A DNA stretch of 64,000 nt from Selaginella moellendorffii (lineage: Eukaryota; Plantae; Lycopodiophyta). The notes below the pieces were generated by a model. It was given only the letters and a program-made list of their open reading frames with translations, did not search any database and was not told where the DNA came from. The translations under genes were made by a program, and so were the position numbers. Every line of letters begins with the position of its first letter. Positions within the stretch are counted from its first letter, which is position 1. Below, in pieces: positions 1 through 13,620 of this stretch. The stretch covers positions 2,036,765-2,100,764 of the forward strand of contig NW_003314282.1 in the NCBI RefSeq assembly GCF_000143415.4, given 5' to 3'.

Positions 1-3000
1 TTGTGGAGATCACGGTGACCTTTTGTCCTCCGAAACCTCTACGGTGAATTGCAGCTAATCTGCAATGGCTTTATTTTACTCATGCCGATCTTGCAGGTAC
101 TTGAGCACAACGTATTGCCTTATCTCAGGAAAATCAGATGCAGTACCGCTGCAGCTACAAGGGCTAGGCGTGGGTCCGCTCGCACAGTTTTCGCCCTGTG
201 AGCTTGATCTGGGAGAGCTCTGTTTATATTCCGTCAACAAGTTCAGTGTTGCTCTTGAGAACCTTGGGGAGCTGGATGTAAGATCTTGTCTTTGTAACGC
301 GAATTAAAGCTGATAAAATCACGTGCAGGCTCACTTTAGGCTGATGGAGGCACTGTCATCTCCTATGATAACCTTTACCTTTGAGCCCGATACCGGGACC
401 GTTGAGCCTAATGACGTTTTGGCAATTACAGTCAAAGTTTGTGGCAGCCTCATGGGAACTTTCAGCGAAAAGTTTTTGTGGGAAGTTACAGACTCAATCC
501 ACACGCTGTCACTGGCATTCAGAGGAAGTATTATTCGGCCCTCATTTTCTGTCGACACGACTGAACTAGACTTCGGTCCTCTTTCGTACGGTTTGCTTTC
601 CGTAAGGTACGTTACTGTGACCAACAGCAGTCCGGTTTCTTTACCTTTCCAGTTCCGGGTTCTACAACCTGAGAGTGGGTCACAAGAGTTCACAGTGACG
701 CCATGTTATTTTATACTGGGGCCTGAGGTGTGCATTTTTATTTACTTTCTTCTTTTGTTACTGTTCTTTTCTTCGTGCAGGAAAAGAAAATCGTTTCTAT
801 TGAATTGGTTCCATGGGAGGAGAGAAGATATGCCACGGTGATAAGCCTAGATATACCCAAAGTTGGCAAAGATTTTGCAACGATTCCTGTGCAAGCAAGA
901 TGTTTAGCTCCAACGGTGAGAAGTCTGCGTCTTGTCATGTTTTGACAAGCTCGCCGCAGGTCACTATATCATGCGATTGCTTGGATTATGGAACGTGCTT
1001 TCTGCGTTATGGCTACACCAAAACATTGAGCTTGATAAACGATTCCCTGGTGCCCGCGAGATATGAAATCCAAGCACAAGAAAAGGAAACGGAGAATCTT
1101 GCTATCTTGCGGCTGAAAGCTGAGAGTGGTTTTATAGAGCCTGGCTCGAGCTTACCGCTGGAGTTTACACTATCAACTGTGGCTCTTGGTGACGTTAGTC
1201 TTTCTGCAATCGTCAGCATATCCGGGAAAGAGTATACTCATTATCTAATCAAAGTCCTGGCAACCTCGGTTGGGCCCATAATTAAGATTGAAAAACCAAT
1301 TAGCAAAAAGCTCCATTCAGCACGGCAGCAGACAGAAGAGGCAGATACCGAGTGGGTACCTGCTCTTGATTTTGGGAAGGTTCAGGTTCTCAGAGATCAC
1401 CATCTCAGTGTGGTCTTAAGAAATGCGTGTTGTATTCGTGCACCGCTCAAGATTTCTCTTGGGAAAAAGGATTCCATGTACCACTTGAATCTGAGCGACG
1501 TGCCTCTGGACCCTTTTGAAGCTGTGGAGTTGAAGGTAACTTGTTGCATATGACATTTCTACTACTTAATCCCCTATGACAGGTTCGGGCCTATATGGAT
1601 GATGCAGGCAAATTCAATGACAAGGTGACAATACTTTTCGAAGGTGGCGAGTTGTTCATTCCGCTGTCGGCTGTAGGAGTTGGCTCGACTTTAGTTTGCA
1701 AAGAGTTTCAAGAAGGTTTTGTTCACTTTGGTGATCAATTCACGCTACGGCATTTCTCCTACACCATTGAGGTACAAAACATGGGCAGAAAGCCACAGAC
1801 GCTGGCTTGGGATAACGACACCACCAGGAAGCAAAGGGCTATCAACAAATCCTTGGCAATGGAGGCAGCTGACCAGAAAAAATCGGGCAACAAAAAGGCC
1901 GCTCTGGTCGTCCCAGAACCTGTACCCGTCTTTACGATCACACCCGACAAGACAGTCATCAAGCAATACTCGCCGTTCTCGCTCACTGTCTCAGGATACA
2001 CCACAAATCCAGGCCATATCCAAGAGGACTTTACGTGCAAAGTCACCAGCGCAAAAGACATGTACTACCTCAAGATTTCGGTGGATGCGGACATGGCCGC
2101 ATTGACACTCGTATTTTCTGAGACTACGCTGACTTTTGTTCAGAACAATGGTTGGGGAAAGGACGGTCCTCACGAGCTCAGCAGGACCTTGACTTGTGAG
2201 AACGTTTCCAAGTTGCCTCTTACGTTCTCCCTAGCAGTAAAGCCTCCTTTTTCAATCAACCAGGCGGAATGGACTCTACGAGCGGGTGGCTCCGGCAGTG
2301 TTGTGGTCTCACTTGAGAAGCAAGACATTGCAGAAAGGCACAGCACTGTGCTTTATGGTAAATTGGATATCCTCTACACGGGTACCTTGGAAAGGAACGG
2401 TATCGATTTGATAGCACATATCAACTATCCCAACCTCTCTGTGAACCAGAGCAGTCTGGATTTCGGGTAAGCATTATTGCTCTTCCACTGTTCGATTAAA
2501 CATGTGCTGTCCGCTAGGTGCATCTTGGAGTTAACATACACGAGGATGCACATTGAGCTCAAAAACTCGAGCGCCCTTGACGTGTGGTACAGCTGGATGC
2601 TTGATGACGGGTATGGTGACGGTATTCATGTCTCTCAAAATATACTCCAGGATAGCGGGGGCCTCAAAATTCCTACAAATTACATTTTTGATATTCTTCC
2701 TGTGAGAGGGTACCTTGAACCAGGGGAGCAAGAAACAGTGGAGGTGTCTTACTATGGGCATTGTGGATATCAATGTCAAGTGTCGGCTATATGCGAGGTA
2801 TTTTTCCATGGGCTGCAACGTTTTGCTGACGTGAGTTGAGTCCAGGTGAAAGGCGGCCCGGACTACATTGTCGCATTAAGCGCCGAGTCAGGAACCATCG
2901 CGCATGCTCTCAGTCGCGTGGCTCTAGATTATAATGTCCAGCCTTTCAATAAGGCCTCAACCAAAGAGTTTACGTTATCAAATCCAGGGAAGGTACCATT

Positions 3001-6000
3001 TAAGTTTGCGATCGATTTGGGCGTTTTGAAAGGGGATGTTCTAAGAGAAGTGACTCCCATGACTGGCCTGTTGGGACCAGGTACAAAGCAGAAGTTTGCT
3101 GCATCTGTTTATCCTGGACTTCCTGAAAAGTTTATGGACAGTTTCACCATTCAGGTCTGTATCTTTTTGCTGAGCTTCATGCAGCTAAACATGCTTGACA
3201 GGTTGCACATTTCGTACCCACTACTATATCTATTCTAGGCTCTGGCGCCTTTCCTCATATCCTTCTGGATACAACCCGCGTTAGAAGCCACAAATATTTG
3301 AGCTTGGCAGCGGAAGCGTTTCATAATGCGTATATGGCCATGAAGACTACTCCAGTAGTTTCTGCCCGTTCCAATTCGGTCAGAATGTCTACAACCGCTA
3401 TAAATGACCAGCAAGGACCACCTCTAGTGGAAGCTGAACATCCTGGAGGCGAGCAAGTGTCAGTCGTGAGGGAAGTCGGTACAGCTCCGACTACGACGGG
3501 AACTGTAGGAGACGAATGGGTGCTGGAAACAGTAAGTTTCAAACAATTAAGTTGTTGCTTTGTTTTTTATTTTCCTCCTTTCCGTTACAGACAGGAAACG
3601 AGGTGCTGTCTTTTGGATCGGAGGTTTTACGTGCACCTTCAATCGACCAAGTGGATTCTGAGATTGACCGTCTTCTTTTCAAGGAACACCTCATTCATGA
3701 AAACAAAGAGACTCTGGATATAAATAAGTTTGTCTTGAACACGCATATTTGCGACTTCGAGAACGTGACACTTGGTGAAACAACGCAGAAGACTGTGAAG
3801 GTTACAAATGACGGGCCTTTGCCAGTGACGTTCAAAATAAACATGGCAACTGTCAAAGCCAAAGGCATCACGTTGGATCCCGATCGCCTGATAACGCTAC
3901 CCCCGGACTCTCCAAAGAGTTCAATGGATTTGGTCTTCAAAATGCGAACGGACTTGCCTAGATTTCCAGCTGGCCCACTTGAGTGCTCCGTGCCACTTTT
4001 CATTAAAGAGGTAAGCCATCCTGGGTCACCGAGAGTGTCATGGCTCTTGTCAAACGTGCAGGGCCCTCAACTGGTGTTGGCATTCACGGCGCATGTAAGC
4101 AAACCTGTTCTGGAGGTATCCCATGAACACCTTGACTTCGGCGCGGTTCAGTTTGGCCAGTGTAAAGTAAGCACGGATCACTTATCTTCTAAGCTGACGA
4201 ACTTGTGACTGCTACAGATTTTGTATCTCCGGCTCTTCAGTAGAGGCGAAGTGCCTTGCATCTGGACTGCAGCTAAACCGGATCTAGGCAGCTGTGATAT
4301 TCACGACTCTACCGCTTTCACCTGTGAGCCGGAGACGGGAGTGATTGAGGCCCACAAATATGTCGATCTAAAGGTTTGTGTACAAGGTTTCTTCCTGTTC
4401 AACAAAAATCTTAGCTTTTCTATGTCTGGCCAGGTCCAGTTTATTCCCACGCAAAAGAAGAAGGCGTACTTTGCCGTTTTTTTTATTGATCTGCTGCACA
4501 ACCCAGTCGAGCTTAAATTCGCGTGCAGAGGTCACAGCTACGTGCCAATATTTACACTCGAGCCATCGATTATTCAGCTCGGACCAATACTTCCGAACGC
4601 TCCTGAAGCCGCTGAGATCAAATACGTGATCTACAACAACGCTGAAGAGCCAGTGGAGCTTTACTCACTTGCGTTTGATCCAGACTATGTGAAAGAGGAA
4701 GAGATTCTCAAGACGGTGGAAGGCTACAATGAGCGTGATCAACTGTTCCTTGAGCGCCGCAGTGCTGGTCAACCTTTCTGGTCCCATCTCAAACCTGGAG
4801 GCTCTGCAAAGCAAGAGGCTTTGCAACAACCACAACCATCTCCGCTTGAGGCAGCAGGAAAGGCAGGCAAAAGTCCATCTGGTTCTGCTCCAGATGTCTC
4901 TGAAAAGCCTTTGGTTTCCCATGCCAAGAAACTCCTGATTATGCTACTTGGACCTCCAGCGGTTGGCAAGTCGACACAGGCAAAGCAGCTGAGTCGGAGA
5001 TTCAGTTGCCCAGTCGTGGCTATGGATGACATGGTCGCTTTAACTCGCAGAAACCGGATGTCCTCCACGGCAGACGGAAGCAGTGGCACCCAGGCGTCCG
5101 GGAGTTCTACGGCATCTGTGGAAATCAACGACTTCGAAAAGGATCTGATAGCAACACTGAGGAGGAACCTTGAGAGCTCCGAGTGCATCTACGGAGCTGT
5201 GTTTGATGGACTCAATTCCCACTACACGACGACTGTCTCGCTCGCCAAATGCATCCTCTATGCTGCCGGACTGGAACCATATGATCCAGAGAATCCTCAA
5301 GACGACGGGAAGAAAAAAGGTGGCGGTGAAAAAAAGAAGGCTCCTGCACCTCCCAAAGGTAAGAAGGCAGAGGAAGAACCTACGGGGCCTCCTATCTTTC
5401 CCAAGACGTTCTGGAAGGGCGAGGCTACAGTATACGCAATAACTTTGAAGGCTCAAAGAAGTGAACTATCGAGCCACTACCAAACTGTTCCCGACCGTGA
5501 CCAGTGCAAGAAGAAGGTTTACGTGGAAACAGCGGCAAAAGAAAGTCAGGAAACGGAACCTGCTGGGGAGCCGCCACCGCCACCTGCGTCCGAGCCAGAA
5601 ACCCCAACCTTTGCATCGGAAGTCCTGAACCATCTCAAGTATTATCCATATGTGTCTCTATTTCCCAGTGAGGAAGAGCTTGATAAGTACTATGCATCGG
5701 AGACAGACGTACAAAACCTTTTGGGTGGAGCCAAGGCTGAAAGTCATGAAGAAGGAGCAGGGACTAATAGAGTGGCTTGCGTTGCTATCAATGCACTTCA
5801 GAACGTGGGGCTTGTTTATGAGGAGGAGCTCCATTTTCTTCCAGACATGGAAAATGTAGCACCGCTTCCACCTGCAGAGGTGCTTCAAGTGGTGAAGCGA
5901 CCGCACAGGCGATCGAGTTTCATCAGTGATCCCAGCAGCCTTAAGTTCGCCTTTTTCACCAGCATGGCGGGTGAAGAGGAGGACAGCTCGGGGGATCCCA

Positions 6001-9000
6001 CGGCGCAAGGAAAGAAGAGCAAAGGGGGAGCAGAGAAAGCGGCAGGCTTGCAGAGCGAGAAGTACCAAATCATGCTCAAGAGGAAGACCGAATATTTCAC
6101 TCCGCTGGAGGCGCTGCCAGAGGGGCACGAGATGCGGACACGATGGGTGGTGAAACCGCAGCAACGCGTGGAGCTGCTGTTGCGCTTCTGGTCTCAGACC
6201 GTGGGGGAGTTCGAGCAAAAGTTTGTGTTTGAAGGCCTCAACGGTAACCATCAAGCCCGTCTTATGTGCAAAGGAGTGTGTGCTGAACCACAGATTGGTT
6301 GCTTTTATCGACACATTAAACTTCCCAACACAAAGGTGACGCCCACGCAGAAGCTCCAGAAGGCGTTGTTTGTGTCGGACAGGATTCTAGACTTCGGTCC
6401 CCTTCCAACCGGAAGAACAGCCGACGGTTTTCCGAATCTGCCAGACTCGGAGCACTGCAAGAGGCTCGAGATTCGTAACATCGGCCTCTTCGACCTGCAT
6501 GTCGACTTTGACGTTGGTGAAGGCAGCGAGGCACCTGGTGCTGGTGGTGCTGCAGGCAAGAAGCCGGCTGCCAAGGGTGGCAAGCCACTCTTTATGCTCA
6601 ATCCCCTCGGAATGGATCTGAAAATCAACGACAAGCAGATGCTGAGTATCTACTGCTACCCGCCTCAGGTATGACACGAGCTTCTGCTGTTCTTTTTTCC
6701 TGAGTTTCTCGGACATGCAGGGACTACTTGGCCCACTGGAAGGAAGAATGGTGTGCAGGATCAGGGATAATCCTCAGCCTCTGGAATGCAAGGTGATTTG
6801 CCTCGCAGACACCCCTCGGGTAGACGTTGACTGCAAGGACCTGGTGTTTGAGCGCCTCTTGCTCGACCGTGAAGTGAAGAAATCCATCACCATAAGGCAT
6901 GCAGCCATTTTATGTTTCCCGCTGCTGACACTTCTGTTGTAATCTCCAGAAATATATCTGCGTTGCTTCTTTTCTGGAACGTTGTCGGGCTGGAAAATGA
7001 ACCGCCCGAGCTTGCGTTCTCGGAGACATCCGGTAGCTTGTGTGCCTTGGGCAGTGCGACAGTTGAGGTCACGTTCAAGGCGATCCAGGAGAAGGTGTTC
7101 AGCCAGAAGTTGAAGCTCCAGGTTAGGGTGGCCGATTTCATCACCCGCTGTCGTGAAATGACACCCAAGATATGTGGTGCAGGTTTTCGAGGCGAAAGAC
7201 GCCGTCAAATTCAACCAGGAGCTTCCATTGAGTATCACTGCTGAGGCATACAAGATTGACATTGCGATCAAATATCCTAGCCCACCAGAAGACATGCCTC
7301 CCGACGGTGGCTTCAACTATGGCACACTTAGAGTCGCCCAAGATTCTCTCAAATCGCTCACCATGGACAATAAAGGCAAGTACAAGGTCGACTTCAAGTT
7401 CGTCCACAAAACGGCGCTCACGCAGGAGCTCTTTACAATAACCCCGCCTGGGGGTACTTTAGAGCCCAAGAAGCAGCAAAAGGTAAAGTGCGGGAAAGAC
7501 ATAGCAATCGCACTAACGGTAACGCCGCTGTCTTGCTCTCCAGGTTGACCTGCACTTCAACAAGGAGAAGACGCTGCAAAGAGAGGTCGCACTTAAAGGG
7601 AGCCGGGACGTGGAGCTGCACCTTATCGAGTGCTTGACTGGCAAAACGGAGCAGATAATTCCTAGTGTAGTAACAGTCCACGCAGTGCATTCCAAGTTCC
7701 AGCTGCTTCCTGCGCAAGGCATTCACTTTGGTTCGCAGATATGCGGCAACCCTCCGCCACCTCGGCTTCTCACGATTGTCAACCTGGGGAAGTTTGATTT
7801 CGCTTACAAGCTTGTCTCCACGTTGGCGCCACCTGCGCCTGAAGCGGCGGCCGCAGCAGAAAAAGGCAAGAAAACGGATAAGAAAGGAGGTGGTGGTGGT
7901 GCATCGGGTGAGCCCCTGGAACTCAACAGCTTCACCGTGGTCCCTGCTTCTGGAACAGTCCTCCCTGGTAGCCACATGGAGCTGTCCGTCTTCTTCAAGG
8001 TGGACACGCCTTGCCTGACATCAGAGACGTTCCACATTGAGATTGCTGACATGAATCCCTTCCTGTATCCGGGAGGCGTGGCGTACGAGCTCTCGGGTGA
8101 AGCCTGCATTCCAGGCATCAGCACGGAGCCGAGGACCATATTCTACGAGCACCATGTGGTGGACGAGATTGATCTCCTGGCTCCCATCCCAAGCTTTGGA
8201 ACGTATTCCAGAAAGGATGAGATGTTCTCCTTTGGGCCGGTTATCATCAACCATGAGAAGGCAGCGCTCGACGCGAGTGCAGGTGGCAACAAGGACAAGC
8301 CAGCAGTAGTAGCAGCTCACAAGAAGGGCGCAAGGGACGTGTGCATGACGGCACGGCTTCGTATCGAGAACCCTCTGCGGGTTCCATGCTCTGTCGAACT
8401 GGTGCTCCGTCGGCCGGGCGAAGCGGCGGCAAAGTCAGGTGGAAAAGAAAAGCTTCCCGCCAAAGGAGGTGGTGGTGGTGGCGACGACTTGCTGTGCATG
8501 GAGCTCTCCCCCCTCACGGCTGACATTCCACCCCTCGAGTACCAGTTTGTTACAATCTCCTTCAAGCCTCTGGCGCTGCAAAAGTACACGGGGCTGCTCG
8601 AGGTGCTTGTCAAAGGCCGGGAGTCGCCACAGTTTACATGCCACATCCAGGGAGAGGGAACCTTGCCTCACTTGTTTGCCGAGTCGCCCTCGGCAGTGTC
8701 CCCGCTGGGATTCCCGTGGCTCGACTTTCCACGGCTGCTGGTTGGAAAGTCACATACGCTGCCCATTGTTCTTGTCAACAACGGCCTGGTGCCTGCCGTG
8801 GCCAGGCTCGAGTTGGCTGGGGACGCCAGCGACGGATTGGAGTCGTGGCTCGACATGAGCCAGGTGACCGAGCAGGGAGCGGTGCCGCTGCTTGTGGGGA
8901 AGAAGCTCACGTTTCCCGTCGGCTGTGTGGAGACGGCCAGCGTCACCTTCACGCCTCGTGCCGCTCAGCAGTACAAGCAAGACATCATGGTGGTGGTGGA

Positions 9001-12000
9001 TGACAACCCATTTGATGCCGTCACCATATCCATCACGGGTGAAGGCTACAGCGAAGAAGTGGTGTGCCTTGGATTGCCCAAGGCGCTGGACGACGCCATA
9101 TGCTTCGACGACTGCGGGGTTGGAGGCAGCACCCACGTCATCTTCACCCTCAAGAACACATCGCCACTCAAGCACTGGCGCTTTGGCTGGTCTGACGCAC
9201 CAGCGTTTGTGAGCTTCAGGCCGGCGCTGGGCCATCTCCACGCGGGGGCGTCCAAGCAGGTCACTGCGACATTCAGCCCCACGGAGGCGGTGGAGTACGT
9301 GGACAAGGACATATACCTGCAGCTGTGCAACATTGTCTACATTGGACAGGGCGGGGAGGAGGAGGAGCCTCCGCCCGACTGGGACGACACCATGCTGCCC
9401 CCTCCCAACGAGGACACGCCTCCCGAAGGCGGCAAAGGAAAAGGTGGCAAAGCGGCGCCACCCGCAGCAGCTGCCAAGGGTGGCAAGGGAGGCAATGCTG
9501 GCGCTGCCCCCGAGCTGACCATCGACTCCAACATCAACCCCGCGGAGCCAGCCTTGGAGGTGGTCAAGGGGAGCGCCAAGCTCGTCGCGTACAAGCTCCA
9601 CGCGGTGGCCGACAATGCGCGATACGAGTGCAGCGTCCAGGCGGTCCAGTTCAGGACGACGATGATGTTCCAGGTGAGGACGTACCCGTTGGTGGTGAAG
9701 AGCCTTAGCAAGGCGAGCATGCCCTTCTCGTGGCGCGTGGAGAAGGCAGACGGCTCGGTGGAGGCAGAGGAGCAGAGCATGTACGCGGTGGAGCCGGCGT
9801 GTGGTGTGCTGCGGCCTGGCCTGGACGCCCACTTTGTGCTCAAGTTCTGCCCGCTCGAGGTGCACGAGTGCAGCCGCGTGGTGGCGTGCCACATCCCCAC
9901 GCTGGAGCAGCCGCTGCGGCTCCCCGTTTGCGGCAGCGTGACGAGGCCGTGGTGCCACTTTGAGCTGCCCCGGAGCGACTATGCAAGCCGGAGGGACGGC
10001 CACTTCCCGGGGCCCGACGGGGAGCTGGGGCCCTTGGACGCTGGCATCCACATCATCGAGTTCGACTCGCTGGGCTGCAACATGCGCAACGTCAAGTACT
10101 TCACCGCCGTCAACCCCACCAATGTGGCCTACAAGTTCGTGTGGGAGGAGAAGAAGAGCCAGTCGCTCAGGTGGACGGCCTACGACCTGGAGCCCATCAC
10201 CGACGACGACGTCTTCCCCCGTCCCTTCCGGTGCATGACGCGGCGCGGCCTCATCCCAGGCGGCAAGAGGTTTGAGATGGGATTCGAGTACACCCCGATG
10301 AGGCTGGAGCTGCACGAGAGCTTCTGGACCCTCCGCATCCCGGACAAGAGGATCGAGGTCAACTTCCTCCTGGTTGGCAACGTCAAGAAGCCCGAGCTGT
10401 CGCTCAGCTGCTCCCACGTCGACTTTGGCCAGGTCCTCGTCAAGGCCAGAGTGAAGCAGACCATCTACCTGCACAACCCCGAGCCTGGGCCCTTCGCCTT
10501 CAACTTCGACAAGCTCAGCTACTCGCCGTCGCAGCCGGGCCAGGTTGCGGTGCTCACCTTCACTCCCTCGAGTGGCATTGTGGCCCAAGGTGCAACCATA
10601 CCGGTGGAGCTGCTCTTCTCGCCGGCGCTGGAAGGCGACCACTCGTTCGACATCGTGTGCAACCTCCGCATGGCCTCCCCGCTCTTCATGTCTGTCAAGG
10701 CGGAGGCCTACCTCTACCACGAGAAGCTCTACCTGGAAGGCGGGGACGACGGCAGGCCGCTCGCCCTCGTGGCAAAGGAGGCCTTCAGGCTAGACTACGG
10801 GCGGGTGATGATCAACTCGAGGGTGTACCGAAAGTTCATCCTCACCAACTCGGGCAAAGCGGCCTTTCACTTCATGTGGGGCTGTGGCAGCGACAGCGCC
10901 CTGCTGCGAGCGGAGCCAGTCGCCGAGCTGGTGACCAAGGATGAGCAGCTCACCTGCGACCTCCTCTTTCACCCCACCGCAGAGAGGACATTTGTGGACC
11001 TTCCCATCGTATGCCAGATTATGCACGGCAACAAGTACCTCATCCATCTCAACGCCACCTGCTACCGCCCCAGGATCAAGTTCAGCTTCCACGACTTTGA
11101 CTTTGGAGCCCGCTTCCTGCACCAGCCCGGCTTGACACCGCCCTCCACGGACCTCACGCTCTCCAACGAGGGTGACGAGGTGATCACCTGCGAGCTCCTG
11201 TACGAGAACACCTCCTTTCTGGAAGTGGAGTACGTCAACATGAGCTTGAGCCCCGGCCAAAACCACACCATCAGGGTGACTTTCAAGCCGGATGCCTTTG
11301 TGCTCTACAGGGAGGCTGTCAAGTTCCAAATATGTGGCCTCGACACTGTGACCATCTCGGTCAGAGGGGAAGGCGTGCCCGTTTTGCTCGAGCTAGTGGA
11401 TCCCAGGCAGCGCTACTTGTCGTTTGGGGTGGTCCGGCTGGGGAAGACGGCAAAGCAACACGTTCAGATCACCAACAAGAGCAAAATCCTGGCTCCCATA
11501 TCCTTTGAGCCTAGTGCCAACGCACTGGGCAAGCTGGGCATCACATGCCTGCCTGCCCAAGGCATCCAGCTGCCGCCGAGATACACTCGTCCCATGGAGC
11601 TCGTCTTCACTCCACAAGCCAGGATGACCAAGTTTACCGAAGGCCTTGTGCTGGAAGTGGCGGGGACCCAGTCGAGAGTGCTGACAGTATCTGGCATTTG
11701 CCATGCTGTGGTGGTGAAGCTCAACCAGAGCGTTTTGCCCTTTGACATCGTAACACTGGGCTCCAAGGTGACCAAGAAGATACAGCTCGAAAACCACGGG
11801 GACCTGGCAACCAACTTTGCGTGGGACACAACCAAGTGTGAGGCGGATTTCACCATCTTCCCCATGGAGGGGTTCCTGACCCCTCGTCAGGTGTCAAAGC
11901 TGGACGTGACCTTCCATCCTTCGGCCGCTAATCCGGACATGAGAATCGAGGACATCCCTTGCCAAGTGGAGGGCGGCGAGCCACTGCACTTGACGCTCCT

Positions 12001-13465
12001 GGGGGGTTGTGTGGAGCAAGGGGCGCCTGCGGAGACGCTCAAGTTCATGACCGCCGTGCGGGCCACCGAGTCCAAGATGATCCAGCTCAAGAACCCGACA
12101 ACGCAGAACTGGCTCGTACATCCCGTCATCTCGCACCCCTATTGGAGTGGAGCGGTGACAGTGCAGGTGCCGGCCAACCAGAGCCTAGGCTACAGCCTCA
12201 CCTACCGTCCCCTGACAATGAGCAACACGCACCGGGCCACCATCTCCTTCCCGCTGCCCTTCGGGGGCCTTGTGTCTTATCAGCTGTCGGGTGAGGCAGG
12301 GCCGCCACCTCCCGAGGCCAGCATCAAGCTGGACGCCAAGGCGCGGCTCACGCTCCCCTTCAGCCTGCACGTCCCAAACTGGCTCAAAGCCACTCAGCAG
12401 TTTGCCGTCATGGTAAGCATGGTGCAGGGGGATGCCACGACAGTGATCAAGGGCCCCAAGACCATCGACGTGCCCGGGCTGTCCAACAAGGAGTGCGTGC
12501 TCTACTTCAAGGCCCATAAGCCTGGAAGCACCATGAGCACCGTCACGTTCAAGAACGAAGAGAGTGGTGAGTACTCGCTGTTCAACGTGACAGTGGAGAC
12601 AGGCAGGGCCGACATTGTCGAGTCAGTGCTCCTCGAGTGCTTTGTGAGGCAGCAAGCGTCGCGCACGCTTCGCCTCAGGAATCCGCTGGACAGGCCTGTG
12701 GTGTTCAAGACGAGCTGCACGGGCCAAGGCGTGGTGCTGCCCGCCCAGGTGCAAGCTGACGCAATGTCCAGCGCGGCAGTGGACGTTGCGTTTCGACCCC
12801 TGGTGCAGGGCAGCAGCCAGTGCAGCCTCAGTCTACACAGCGACGACCTCGGGGAATTCGAATACCAGCTGACGCTCAAGAGTGTGGCAGCGCCATCCGA
12901 GGCCCCGTTGCTCTTCTCCGTGCCCCTGGGCAATCAGCTCGTACAGACTTTCCACTTTAGGCACACACTTCCAGTCAAGGCCACGTACAATTGCCTGCTC
13001 TCTCAAGCAGCCATTGACGGAGGCTTCACGGCCGAACCCAGCATGGTGCAGGCCAATCCAGCACCGCCCGACGGCCTCGACCTCCAAGTCCAAGTCGTGT
13101 TCGAGCCGTCGCGGATCATGGACGAGTTCCAAGGCTTGCTCACGTTGAAATCGCCTGAAGGGTCTGACTTTTGCTGCCAGCTGCTGGCAAGCTGCAGCAG
13201 CCCGTCTCCTCAGGGTCCCTTCTTCATCAAGGGCAGTGGACAGATCAACTTCAAAAACGTTTACAACGACACCGTCCAGTTTAACTACACCACGGACAAT
13301 CCAGCTTTTGTGGTGAGCAAAGGTGAGAAGATGCAGTCCAAGAAGCAGTCTAAGCTGGTTGTTAGCTACAAACCAGAAGCACCGAACGCCCCCAAGACTG
13401 GCCGACTCACAGTGACTTGCAATGAAACAGATGATGTATGGTCGTTCTACCTGCAAGCTGTCTAG
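1..13465 (+). CDS. HYDIN: HYDIN, axonemal central-pair protein (multi-exon, 5' end lies upstream of the window)
   Basis: Long run of + strand exons separated by ~50-nt introns. They encode repeated ASH/Ig-like units (e.g. LDFGPLSYG...VTVTNSSPVSLPFQF, LDYGTCFLRY, VHFGDQF, VDFGQVLV, FDFGARF) and a P-loop GPPAVGKST adenylate-kinase-like segment at ~4950. HYDIN-type motifs: TRWVVKPQ, RPWCHFELPRSDY, IIEFDSLG..NPTNVAYKFVW, C-terminal PQGPFFIK...WSFYLQAV*. Large exons ~4434-6668 and 7544-13465; stop TAG at 13463-13465. Confidence 0.95.
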
Positions 13466-13620
13466 AGCTTATATCTATGTAATGCTACAAGCTCTCTTTG
13501 GGCTTGCAATCCTTGTTATATATGCTACATGCTTTTATTTTAACTAATTTTAAGTTAGGGTCTGGTTTAAAACATTCTTTTTCCTTTACACGCAAATGAA
13601 ACTTCATATCTATTTAGGTC

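Noticed and set aside
8750-10720. 656-aa antisense ORF (and other long overlapping ORFs) within HYDIN
   Set aside because: Shadow of strong GC3 codon bias on the sense strand; composition is unnatural and no motifs are recognisable.
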